This document shows positions 38,163 to 47,389 of a DNA stretch of 64,000 nt, one piece after another. A program made the position numbers and the translations under genes. The stretch's first letter is position 1, and every line of letters begins with the position of its first letter. Below the pieces are notes generated by a model. That model was given only the letters and a program-made list of their open reading frames with translations. It was not told where the DNA came from and made no database searches. The stretch is from Candidatus Kaiserbacteria bacterium (GTDB taxonomy: Bacteria; Patescibacteriota; Minisyncoccia; Phycocordibacterales; UBA918). The stretch is taken from contig JANPCG010000015.1 in the NCBI GenBank assembly GCA_031430855.1, positions 641 to 64,640 of the forward strand. The letters are read 5' to 3'.

Positions 38163-38915
38163 ATGTTGCCGACCCTTCTTCTTATTCAGTTTAGGAAAAA
38201 TGTAAAGGCGGCTGAATTAGAAGCGACAAGTGTAGAGAGAGAATGTTGTGGTGTGGCAGAGGTTGTGTGTATGTCCGCGCTTGATTGTAAGATTCCTTGG
38301 CATCATCCAGAAAAAGTATTGGCTTCGCATCAGGGAATAATTTTTGGTGGTTCTGGAGACTTTGATTTTGATGGTGGACGACACCGTGCCGATGAGGCGG
38401 TCATTACTTCTTACGCATTCCTCGAACAATTACGACCGTTGCTCAGTTATATTTTTTTACATGATGTTCGCACGTTGGGGATTTGTTTTGGTCATCAGTT
38501 GTTGGGCGTTTTTGCTGGAGCCGAAGTAATTCATGATACAGAGCAAAAAAAGACCCGCTCCCACCCGGTCACACTCCACACTGCTCCGACGGAACATGCG
38601 CTTCTCAATGGCCTCCCGCAGACGTTTGAGGCTCATTATGTCCATAAGGACTCACTTGACCGTGTACCTCCTGGGGCCGCATTGCTCATGAGCGGCGGCA
38701 GAGAGTGTCGTTTTTCTGCCTTGCAGTATGGGCATAATATTTACTCCACGCAGTTTCATCCGGAACTTACCTTTGAAGACCTACTGGCACGAATAGACTT
38801 ATTTCCTGGATACTTAGATGAGGGAGTAACTCCAGAATCAGTGTTTTCTCAAAATACTGAATCCAACACGATTTTACGAAATTTTGCTCAGTTAGTTGGA
38901 AAGACTAAAACGTAG
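38163..38915 (+). CDS. Class I glutamine amidotransferase
   Basis: GICFGHQ nucleophile elbow; QFHPE. Confidence 0.88.
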   Translation: MLPTLLLIQFRKNVKAAELEATSVERECCGVAEVVCMSALDCKIPWHHPEKVLASHQGIIFGGSGDFDFDGGRHRADEAVITSYAFLEQLRPLLSYIFLHDVRTLGICFGHQLLGVFAGAEVIHDTEQKKTRSHPVTLHTAPTEHALLNGLPQTFEAHYVHKDSLDRVPPGAALLMSGGRECRFSALQYGHNIYSTQFHPELTFEDLLARIDLFPGYLDEGVTPESVFSQNTESNTILRNFAQLVGKTKT

Positions 38916-38944
38916 CACAAATAGTGTGTGAGTAGTATTGTCGT

Positions 38945-40033
38945 CTACTCCAGTTCGCCCGTTAATAGGTTCGTGAGAAATGGTGACATAGTATCGGCAA
39001 AGACCTTGGCTCGATAGGGGATGTCGCCGCTGACATTATTCCGTAGCGAAGTGCCCGTTTCTTCTGTAATGGTGCGGTCGACATGAGAGAGTGTAATAGC
39101 ACGCAAACTGCCGGCTCCGTCTCGTTCGTCGTTTCCGCGAGTGGTAATCATTCCAATGACGCGAGCATCAGTGGTCAAGATTGGACCGCCTGAAGATCCT
39201 TGTTCGCCCACTGCGCTTCCTCGTAAGCCGATTACGTCAGCAAAATTAGAAGTGAAAGTATAGAGCTGGGATACGGTTGTTGTCGCCCGTTTAGGGAAGA
39301 GTCCAATATTGGTACCTTGCGAAAACAGGGCGCCGGCCGGGTATGCCGCAGCTATTACCGTTGAATCGGTGGTATCGCGCGGGACGAGTGTCGTATTGAA
39401 CGCTAACGCAGGGAATATTTTCGGTAATGGGCTCCCATCAACGGTACGGGTAACGTACAACAGCGCGTAATCCCGTTCCCCTGTGCCCAGGGGCGCTGCT
39501 GCATCAATCAGGGATGCGTTGGCCTGCACCCATGCTGGAGAAATGTATAAAAGTTCTGCTGTATAGCGTGGCGAAGCCGGGTTGCCGTTTCGTATAACAC
39601 AATCCGTTTTTCCTAGTGCATTGGTTTTTTCAAGAAGTAGAAACTGGGCGACATGAGCATTCGTTAAAATAATCCCCGACTGATCGATAAAAAACCCAGT
39701 CCCTGTCGTAGTACGAATATTTTTAGAGGTAATGAATGTGCAGTAGACATTCACAAGGGCGGCAAGAGGGTCTGTGGTAGTGATTTTAGGAACTGTTTCA
39801 CTTTCAATCACAATTGCACTTTGATAACGAGCACTTTTCAGTAATACGTTGGGAATAACGTCTATGGAATAGGCGGAGGGAAGGGGAGTAGGATTTTGGT
39901 TACTGAGCGCAGAAGATGAAACGGTTGTTGTTTCTTCAAGTGTAAAAAGGCTGCTTATCTGACTGCCGAGGAAATTAGTAAATGCAAGGTAGCCCATTAA
40001 AATTACCGTTATTCCATCAAGTATAGGTTGCAT
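38945..40033 (-). CDS. Membrane-anchored trypsin-like serine protease
   Basis: TNAHV, RDYALL, GSSGGP catalytic triad motifs. Confidence 0.88.
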   Translation of the reverse strand: MQPILDGITVILMGYLAFTNFLGSQISSLFTLEETTTVSSSALSNQNPTPLPSAYSIDVIPNVLLKSARYQSAIVIESETVPKITTTDPLAALVNVYCTFITSKNIRTTTGTGFFIDQSGIILTNAHVAQFLLLEKTNALGKTDCVIRNGNPASPRYTAELLYISPAWVQANASLIDAAAPLGTGERDYALLYVTRTVDGSPLPKIFPALAFNTTLVPRDTTDSTVIAAAYPAGALFSQGTNIGLFPKRATTTVSQLYTFTSNFADVIGLRGSAVGEQGSSGGPILTTDARVIGMITTRGNDERDGAGSLRAITLSHVDRTITEETGTSLRNNVSGDIPYRAKVFADTMSPFLTNLLTGELE

Positions 40034-40149
40034 GGTATGTAGTATAGCATTATGTGCGTGGGCGTCAGAAAAGCGTTCCCTAAGGACGTTCCTGTATGTT
40101 GGGTATAGGGGTTTAGGTCGACGTTCGAACTTTTTATATACAATGCGAC

Positions 40150-41628
40150 TTACAAAAGTGAAATTGCTTCATCGATTGATCCCCATACACGAATAAGGGT
40201 CTTTTTTGCTACCACCAGAATAATCAAATCATGTATTGCCTCAAGGAACGATCTGTCATGTGTTACGCAAAGCACTGTTCCGTCAAACTCTCCTAGTAAC
40301 TCTACGAGAAATTGCCAGTTAACCGGATCGAGGTTGTTGGTTGGTTCATCGAGAATAATAAAGTCAGGTTTTGCATAAAACATGAGCGCGAGGCGTAGTC
40401 GTTGCTTTTGACCACCCGATAAGCGTTCTACCACCATATCCATTTCTGCTATAGTAAACAAGAGTCGCGTTAAAATAGATCGGGCTAAATCTTTCGTAAT
40501 ACCTATTATTGCAAACAATTCAAAGGCGGTGTGTTGTGCTGGCAATTCACTATGCTGACTAAATACAACGGTTTTAATGTTCACGCCGGTCTGTACTTCC
40601 CCCGCCTGTGGCTTAATGGCACCAGTAATGAGTCCGAGCAGGGTCGTCTTTCCCGTGCCGTTTCGGCCGAGAATACAGAGCTTCTGCCCAAAGCGAATAT
40701 CGAGATTAACTTTTGAAAATAATGTTATCGCACTGTATCCACCACTAACTTCGTTAAGTTTCACGATGAGCTTACCCTGTTTCTGTTCAATCTCCGCCGC
40801 TCGTATTTCAGGTCTGCGTATATCAGGTCGTACCATGGTCTCTACAAGCTCTTTTTCTACCGCCAGCTGACGTTTCTTCATTTGGTAGGTTTTTGCTTTG
40901 CTGTCACTAAAAGTGGTCTGTCGTTTTAGCTCAGTGACGAGGTTGGCCATTTTCGTCAATTTTCGTTTCGCTATCCGATAGTCGTGCTGCATCAGGTTTT
41001 GTTGTTTCAAGCGCTCTTCCACTAATTCTTCATAAGTTAGATTTGTCGTCACTGTTACCGCTTCGTGCTCTACCAAAACAATTTTCTTGGTGAGGGCATT
41101 AATTAGTGTATGGTCGTGCGACACCATAATGACGGCGCCCCAATAGTCCCGTAACAATTCCGTCAAAATATGGCACACTTTTATATCAAGATGGTTTTCT
41201 GGCTCATCGATACACAGAAACATCGGACCACGTGACAATGTTGCAGCGATTTCAAGTACCCGCAACTGTCCACCGGAAAGTTCCGATAGCACTCCGTTTT
41301 CCAGCAACTGCGGACTTATGATGCCAAACCTTTTTATAATTGCATGAATGCTAGGTGTACTCTTTTGCTGTGCTAAATACTCGTTGACCGAGAGTGACCG
41401 ATCTCCACCAAACTCCTGTGCTATGTAAGAAATTGATTGATCAACGCGCACTTCACCTTCATCAGCCGTCTCGATACCGGCCATAATCTTCAACAAGGTA
41501 CTTTTCCCAGCTCCGTTATTGCCAATAATAGCAACTCGATCACCTTGTGAGACAGCAAGTGAGACGCCAGTAAAAAGCGTTTTTTGTGCTAGGGATTTAC
41601 TGACATTTTTTAAAATAATTGTTTTCAT
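40150..41628 (-). CDS. ABC-F family ribosome-associated ATPase
   Basis: Two NBDs (GNNGAGKS, GRNGTGKT; LSGGQ twice; DEP twice), basic helical linker, no TM. Confidence 0.9.
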   Translation of the reverse strand: MKTIILKNVSKSLAQKTLFTGVSLAVSQGDRVAIIGNNGAGKSTLLKIMAGIETADEGEVRVDQSISYIAQEFGGDRSLSVNEYLAQQKSTPSIHAIIKRFGIISPQLLENGVLSELSGGQLRVLEIAATLSRGPMFLCIDEPENHLDIKVCHILTELLRDYWGAVIMVSHDHTLINALTKKIVLVEHEAVTVTTNLTYEELVEERLKQQNLMQHDYRIAKRKLTKMANLVTELKRQTTFSDSKAKTYQMKKRQLAVEKELVETMVRPDIRRPEIRAAEIEQKQGKLIVKLNEVSGGYSAITLFSKVNLDIRFGQKLCILGRNGTGKTTLLGLITGAIKPQAGEVQTGVNIKTVVFSQHSELPAQHTAFELFAIIGITKDLARSILTRLLFTIAEMDMVVERLSGGQKQRLRLALMFYAKPDFIILDEPTNNLDPVNWQFLVELLGEFDGTVLCVTHDRSFLEAIHDLIILVVAKKTLIRVWGSIDEAISLL

Positions 41629-41639
41629 AAAATTTAGTT

Positions 41640-41761
41640 AAGAAAAAGCGCAACAAACTTAGTTGTGGCGCAGTATTTAAACAAAAAAAGTTTTTTTAAG
41701 CAGGCACCACAAAGAAGCTCAAATTTTTGCCGCCTCGAAATGTTGCATGAATGTTTGGCAT
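41640..41761 (-). promoter_or_regulatory. Putative leader-peptide transcription attenuator of the ABC-F gene
   Basis: uORF 41761-41696 MPNIHATFRGGKNLSFFVVPA; terminator gcgccacaa-ctaagt-ttgttgcgc-ttttt; uORF segment ttgtggtgc is complementary to the terminator 5' arm. Confidence 0.65.
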
Positions 41762-41860
41762 GTAATGAAATACACTGTATCACAAAATTGATTGGTCACA
41801 ATATAAGTATGGAGGCCAGGTAATTTGATCACGTTATCTTAATTTAAATAACATTTGAAC

Positions 41861-42289
41861 CTATCTGTGATTCTCTGGCTTAAACTGCTCGGCAAGATCT
41901 TTTACGGTAGGAGGAACCCGCTCCAAATCTTTTAAATCATTTTTTGAAACAAACGTAATCTCAGTACATTCGTCAGAAGTTGTAAAATTGAGGCTTTCGA
42001 GTTCGGTTTCATAAACAACAATGGCAAACCAAGTTTCGGGCTCAGCAGACATTATATATCCTCCAAAAAAATATGACGGCCGCTCCGCAATATAACGTGC
42101 CGTTAACTGCATCTCTTCGTTTATTTCGCGGGCCAATCCTTTTCCTGGTGTTTCTCCCCAATCTAAGCCCCCTCCAGGCAAATCCCAAACGCCATTTTCT
42201 TTCTTAGTTAGTAAAAACTTATTTCGTTCTTCATTGAGTATCAGCGCCTTAACACTCAGTCTATAGTATTTGCTTCGTATTTCTGACAT
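41861..42289 (-). CDS. NUDIX hydrolase
   Basis: PGGGLDWGETPGKGLAREINEEM. Confidence 0.9.
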   Translation of the reverse strand: MSEIRSKYYRLSVKALILNEERNKFLLTKKENGVWDLPGGGLDWGETPGKGLAREINEEMQLTARYIAERPSYFFGGYIMSAEPETWFAIVVYETELESLNFTTSDECTEITFVSKNDLKDLERVPPTVKDLAEQFKPENHR

Positions 42290-42337
42290 CAGTCAAGTAT
42301 ATCAAAATCGGAGATGATAGTACGATACTTACTATGA

Positions 42338-42859
42338 TTATTTGGAGAGTGAACTAAAGTAAGTGTCTATTTCCTTAAAGCTTTTCAAAACTACCAACTT
42401 CTCTTGATATGTCTTTGAAAATTCATCTAGTTTTGCATTTTCTTTATTTCTCCATCGTCGGATGATTGTTTTTGTAAAATTAAGGTCTTGCAGCCTCGTA
42501 ATCTCCGGATGTCTGTCCGTGTCATGTAGTACTCGAAGAATATGACTCCATATTCTTTGCGGTAAAGGTCGTTTAATGAGAATGACTGTATCAGCCTTCT
42601 CCGCAATGATTGGCTGTAGTTTTGAATACGTCCCATCTATAACCCAATGCTCATTTACAGACAAAAAAGCTCGCACTTCAGACTCAATTTGTTGCGCTAT
42701 AATTTCTTTTTGCTGCGGTGCTCCATTCACGTTCCTATGACCTCCATACGTAAACCAGATCCTGTCGATTTCCAGCCTTGGAACATTAAAAGTCCGACTA
42801 ATTTTTCTAGAAAGGGTACTTTTTCCCCCGCCGCTCGAGCCAATAATTGTTAATCTCAT
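42338..42859 (-). CDS. FlaR/adenylate-kinase-like P-loop protein
   Basis: GSSGGGKSTL, WVIDGTY, ADTVI. Confidence 0.8.
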   Translation of the reverse strand: MRLTIIGSSGGGKSTLSRKISRTFNVPRLEIDRIWFTYGGHRNVNGAPQQKEIIAQQIESEVRAFLSVNEHWVIDGTYSKLQPIIAEKADTVILIKRPLPQRIWSHILRVLHDTDRHPEITRLQDLNFTKTIIRRWRNKENAKLDEFSKTYQEKLVVLKSFKEIDTYFSSLSK

Positions 42860-42940
42860 TTTATAAGTATAGCAAAAATTGAATAGCGGAGACTTTTATC
42901 AAAGCGGTTAGGTAGTGTGTGTGCGGGTTGTGGGACGGTG

Positions 42941-43378
42941 TTAGAACCTATTCCTTTGATCCAAACACTCTTTTGCAAGGACGCCTGAATTAACTTCAAT
43001 TGGATATTTTTTAGAGTATCCTGCCAAATCCTTAGCCTTAATGGGGAGGGACGCTGTTATTTCTGTTTCTGCTCCATAGTAGTTAAAGGGCACTTTTGCT
43101 TTTATCATTCCAGTTAAACAAGTTGGGCAAGGTTCTGAGGTGGTATAAAATGTTGTGTTATTAAGCGACAAGGTATTTTGCTGCTTACATAGTTTACGAA
43201 TAGCATTGATTTCACCATGAGCGGTAGGGTCACACTGCTCTTTTACTCGATCATGTTCACGGCAAATAATTTCGCCAGTTGCATTATTTACTACTACGAC
43301 CCCAAACGGGGCATTGCCATCTGAAACAGCTACAGCAGCTTCTTTCATAGCTTCGCGCATAAAGTCTTCGTTTGTCAT
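42941..43378 (-). CDS. Zn-dependent nucleoside/nucleobase deaminase (GuaD/TadA fold)
   Basis: DPTAHGE and SEPCPTC. Confidence 0.88.
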   Translation of the reverse strand: MTNEDFMREAMKEAAVAVSDGNAPFGVVVVNNATGEIICREHDRVKEQCDPTAHGEINAIRKLCKQQNTLSLNNTTFYTTSEPCPTCLTGMIKAKVPFNYYGAETEITASLPIKAKDLAGYSKKYPIEVNSGVLAKECLDQRNRF

Positions 43379-43405
43379 ATGTAAATTATACCAAATTATA
43401 CTAAA

Positions 43406-43612
43406 TGCTGGTGAGAAGAATCGGTCACGAGTTACTGACTATAATTGTTCACTTCGTTCCAATTCTAGTAAGTACTCTCGACCCCAACGCGCCGGCCCAG
43501 AGGGGTCCCGGCTTGCGTCCTTCGATTCTTCACGAAATATGCTCCCAGCATATTTCTTCACTCCGCACAGCAGCAACAGAAAAACCGTCCCTAAGGACGG
43601 CTTTTCATGTTG
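43406..43612 (-). repeat. Terminator plus tRNA-linked repeat (core A) downstream of tRNA-Gly(TCC)
   Basis: Minus strand gtgaagaatcgaa-ggacgc..cccctctgggcc..ggggtcgag..gaacgaagtgaa..gaccg-attcttctcaccagca. Confidence 0.82.
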
Positions 43613-43616
43613 GCTG

Positions 43617-43687
43617 TGCGGGTGAGAAGAATCGAACTCCCGACTACTGCTTGGAAGGCAGTCGTTTTACCACTAAACCACACCCGC
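43617..43687 (-). tRNA. tRNA-Gly(TCC)
   Basis: Reverse complement cloverleaf; actgc-cttccaa-gcagt. Confidence 0.93.
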
Positions 43688-43768
43688 AAGGTTTGATTCA
43701 TCAGTTGCAAGATTCTAGCATAATCAGCTAATTATTCAATGGAATAGATCGGGTTCTGATTTTGAAAC

Positions 43769-43985
43769 TAAAACACCCCCGGCTAGAGGGTTTAAACAGT
43801 CGGGGTGAGAAAATGTCACTACATTTCCGCAAGACCTTTTATAAATTCATGATTTACAAAAGGTGTACCGCTTCTGTAAGAAGACTGTTTAAAACAAAAA
43901 CGCCCGGCTGATGGGTTTACACAGTCTAGTAGGCTGTGTAAAAAGGGAGTTGTCCAAAAAAGCAAAACACCCCGGCTGAGGGGTG
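43769..43985. repeat. Three dispersed direct repeats AAAACRCCC(C)GGCT(A)GA(G/T)GGG with adjacent hairpins
   Basis: Copies near 43770, 43897 and 43964. Confidence 0.7.
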
Positions 43986-43990
43986 CTCTA

Positions 43991-44035
43991 CTATTTGTGA
44001 TGGGAATAGCGAAGATTGCTCTTTCTTTTCCACAT
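43991..44035 (-). CDS. Putative 14-aa micropeptide MWKRKSNLRYSHHK
   Basis: TGtTAGAAT -10, GGAGGT SD 7 nt before ATG, hairpin plus T-tract after the stop. Confidence 0.4.
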   Translation of the reverse strand: MWKRKSNLRYSHHK

Positions 44036-44167
44036 AGCGTTTACCTCCGCTACCTCTATATTCTAACACAAAAGCCGAGTTACCTACGTGGATAAAAATA
44101 GTCGTCGTGTATATAACAACAAACGACCCCGTGCTTGCACGGGGTCGTTTGTAGTTTTGTAAAGAGA

Positions 44168-44440
44168 TTACTTTACTGAATCCTTGAGTCCCTTAGCTGC
44201 GCGGAATTTTGGTACACGCATCGCTGGCACAGGAACAGTTTCACCCGTTCGTGGGTTTCGAGCCTCACGTGCAGCACGCATTTTCGCTTCGAAAATACCG
44301 AATCCAGCTACGGATACTTGCGTACCGTCTTTCATAGCTGATTCAATACTACCAAACACGGTTTCAACAGCTCGTTCTGCGTCTGCCTTGGTGGTACCAA
44401 GTACTTCGTGCACTTTTGCGATAATATCTGCTTTGTTCAT
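44168..44440 (-). CDS. hup: HU family DNA-binding protein
   Basis: MNKADII, GFGIF, ARNPRTGE, PKFRAAKGLKD. Confidence 0.95.
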   Translation of the reverse strand: MNKADIIAKVHEVLGTTKADAERAVETVFGSIESAMKDGTQVSVAGFGIFEAKMRAAREARNPRTGETVPVPAMRVPKFRAAKGLKDSVK

Positions 44441-44631
44441 ATTCAGAAATATATACTAGGGCGATTAAATGTGTGACTGATTGTCGCTCAGACACGGTGC
44501 CTAAAATTATTGGCTTGTCATCATTATATAGCAAGCTCAATTGGCTGCAATGCCTACCGTATGGGTAATTATGTGTTGTAATAATTTACAAAATGTCGCC
44601 CACTGATGTGGGCGACATTTTGTATTTTTTG

Positions 44632-46161
44632 TTAACGAGCGTAACTAACGACACGTGTCTCACGAATAACGTGCACCTTAATTTCTCCTGGATACCGTAG
44701 CTGTGCTTCGATGTTGGTTGCAATAGTACGAGCCAGGGTGTGTGTTTCAAACTCGGTCATGTTAATAGGGTTAACGATGACTCGAATCTCACGACCGGCC
44801 GCAATCGCAAAGGCTTTTTCTACGCCGTGTAGATTCGTTGCTATTGCCTCAAGGTCAGACAATCGTTTAATATAATTTTCAATTGAATCACGTCGCGCTC
44901 CCGGTCGTGAACCAGACAGGGAATCACAGACTTGGACAATCAGAGATTCAGGAGTCTCATACGGATACTCTTCGTGATGAGCACGCATGGCGAGGATAAC
45001 CTTTTGGTCTACCCCATATTTCTCTAAAATTCTAATACCAATTTCAACGTGGGTCCCGGCCACTTCATGACTAACGGTTTTACCAATGTCATGTAAGAGG
45101 GCTCCAGCGCGCGCTACGGCCACATCCGCTCCTACTTCTTCAGCGATAATAGCAGCCATATGTGCCATTTCAACCGAGTGCCAGAGTACGTTTTGTCCGT
45201 AACTCGTACGGAAGTGAAGACGACCGATAATTGAAATCAAATCGGGATGTAGGTTCGGAACGTTCGCATCGTACGCGGCTTTTTCTCCAAATGCGCGAAC
45301 GGTCTTGGCGACTTCTTTGCGTGCTTGTTCTACCGATTCCTCAATTTTTGCTGGCTGGATGCGCCCGTCTTTCATTAATGACTCAAGTGCAACGCGGGCG
45401 ATTTCTCGTCTGATTGGGTCAAACGAAGAGAGTACTATATATCCGGGAGTTTCATCAATCAGCACATCCACGCCGGTAGCTCTCTCAAACGCGCGTACGT
45501 TACGACCTTCTTTTCCAATTACTTTACCTTTGAGGTCATCGCTTGGAATCTCTACGTTACTGGTCATGACACTCGTGGGCATAACGTTGCCGATTCGATG
45601 AATTGCAGAAAGGAGAATATTAGTTGCTTTCGCCTCAATCTGTTCATTATTAAACAGTTCAATTTTCTGAAGTCGAGCAGTAAGGTCTAGAGCGCGCTCT
45701 TTTTCAATTTTAGAACTGATCCGGACGAAAGCCTCTTCGGCCGTGACACCGGCAATTGTCTCGAGTTTCTTATCAAGTTCATCTTTTCGTTCATCCAGAC
45801 GAGCCTTGAGACTCTTCACTTCGTCAATTTTATTTTGCAGTGATTCCTTTTGTGAATCGATATCGATTTGCCGGGTGTCCAATAACTCTTCTCGTTTATC
45901 GAGACGGGCTTCTTTTTGGGCTACTTTTTCGTCGAGTACTTTTCGTTCGGTTTTTGCTTCAAGCTCTATAGTTGCTGCCTTTTCTTCCGCGTGAGCAATA
46001 ATTTTTATAGCACGCTCTTCGGCTGCAAGGAGCCGTTCTTTGATGATAATTTCAATCGAAGATTTCTTTGAGTGTGCGTGCAAGTATCGCACGTAGTATC
46101 CAGCAGCTAATCCGAGCCCAAGACTCGCCGCCAGGGCAGCGATAATCAGTAATGGGGACAT
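44632..46161 (-). CDS. rny: Ribonuclease Y
   Basis: N-terminal TM, coiled coil, KH (GKVIGKEGRN), HD (LLHDIGK), YPGEIKV. Confidence 0.95.
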   Translation of the reverse strand: MSPLLIIAALAASLGLGLAAGYYVRYLHAHSKKSSIEIIIKERLLAAEERAIKIIAHAEEKAATIELEAKTERKVLDEKVAQKEARLDKREELLDTRQIDIDSQKESLQNKIDEVKSLKARLDERKDELDKKLETIAGVTAEEAFVRISSKIEKERALDLTARLQKIELFNNEQIEAKATNILLSAIHRIGNVMPTSVMTSNVEIPSDDLKGKVIGKEGRNVRAFERATGVDVLIDETPGYIVLSSFDPIRREIARVALESLMKDGRIQPAKIEESVEQARKEVAKTVRAFGEKAAYDANVPNLHPDLISIIGRLHFRTSYGQNVLWHSVEMAHMAAIIAEEVGADVAVARAGALLHDIGKTVSHEVAGTHVEIGIRILEKYGVDQKVILAMRAHHEEYPYETPESLIVQVCDSLSGSRPGARRDSIENYIKRLSDLEAIATNLHGVEKAFAIAAGREIRVIVNPINMTEFETHTLARTIATNIEAQLRYPGEIKVHVIRETRVVSYAR

Positions 46162-46337
46162 GTGGTGTTCGCTATCTAATAGGGAGTCTTTTCAGTCAAT
46201 TTCTGTCGGTCAGACAATCAAACTGTACCAGATAATATAACCGTCGTCCATAAAGGGTATAATCCAGTTTTCCACTTTTAATACGCAACCGCCACCCTCG
46301 TGCGTGGGTGGCGGTTGCAAACCGTGTGAAGGGAATT

Positions 46338-46937
46338 TTATTTGTAGATTTGGTCCACAATTCCGTAGTTGAGTGACTCTTCGGCGTCCATAAAGAAATC
46401 ACGGTCTACATCAGCTTCAATTTTTGAGAGCTTTTGCCCCGTCGCTTTGGCGAGCATTTTATTCAGTCGGTCTCGTGTTTTAAGGATGTGCTTGGCAGTA
46501 ATATCGATATCTGAAGCTTGACCGTAGGCGCCACCGGATGGTTGATGGATCATCACCTCAGCATTGGGCAACATAAAACGCTTACCTTTTGCCCCTTGTG
46601 AGAGGATGAGAGATCCCATTGAAGCAGCCATACCAACACACACTGTCGCAATGTCTGGTTTGATGTGGTGCATGGTGTCGATAATTGAGAGTCCCGCAGT
46701 AACACTTCCTCCAGGTGAATTGACGTAGAGGTAAATATCTTTTTTAGGATCTTCTGACTCGAGGAATAAGAGTTGTGCAACAACGAGATTTGCCATATGG
46801 TCTTCAATCCCTCCCGTAATAAAGATAATTCGTTCTTTTAAGAGTCGTGAGTAGATATCATACGCTCGTTCACCACCCTGGGTTTTTTCAATTACCATCG
46901 GAACAAGTTGGCTCGATTCAATTTCAGTGTGTTTCAT
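46338..46937 (-). CDS. clpP: Clp protease proteolytic subunit
   Basis: DIYSRLL, AASMG, MIHQP, DRDFFM. Confidence 0.96.
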   Translation of the reverse strand: MKHTEIESSQLVPMVIEKTQGGERAYDIYSRLLKERIIFITGGIEDHMANLVVAQLLFLESEDPKKDIYLYVNSPGGSVTAGLSIIDTMHHIKPDIATVCVGMAASMGSLILSQGAKGKRFMLPNAEVMIHQPSGGAYGQASDIDITAKHILKTRDRLNKMLAKATGQKLSKIEADVDRDFFMDAEESLNYGIVDQIYK

Positions 46938-47011
46938 AATATATAGAGTTAATGTCGCGTGGGACGGCCAAAAAGAAAGTGCGACTACAGCATCCTAGCA
47001 AATTGATAGAG

Positions 47012-47232
47012 AAAAGAAAATGGGGCGGTGAGCTAGTCTTTCGACACTGCTCATCGCCCCACCAGCACACTGCCTATTTCCCAAGTCAGAGCCTGCGTCG
47101 AGGATGGTACACAGCCTCCCTTGTGTGCTGGTTCGTCCGAGCGCCTCTGATTCGCCCTGACGTATTTGAGATCAAGCCTCAGCCTCCGCGATTTACCCAA
47201 TCATCCTGTTATCGGATTACTCGGCGAAGGTT
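47012..47232 (-). ncRNA. Candidate ~220-nt structured RNA or cis-regulatory leader upstream of clpP
   Basis: TACAAT at 47243-47238; multibranch domain, ccagcacac/gtgtgctgg stem, GC-rich terminator with U-tract. Confidence 0.45.
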
Positions 47233-47389
47233 CATTGATTGTACTGCAATTTTAGAAAAAGAAAATGGTCGCGCTAAGTCACTCTAAAACTGCTTCAGAT
47301 GCGCGAAAGACAAGAAAAAAGACCCGAGTGGGACGAAACTGTCCAGCGAGGGCCTTTTTTCGAAGTCTGCCAAAGCAGATGAAATAGTT

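Noticed and set aside
42941-43378. tadA assignment or a deaminase-based defence system
   Set aside because: Motifs fit generic GuaD/TadA-fold deaminases, and the neighbours have separate promoters and no defence hallmarks
46952-47287. 111-aa plus-strand ORF between clpP and tig
   Set aside because: Atypical composition, antisense to the local gene flow, and the region is better explained by minus-strand RNA structure
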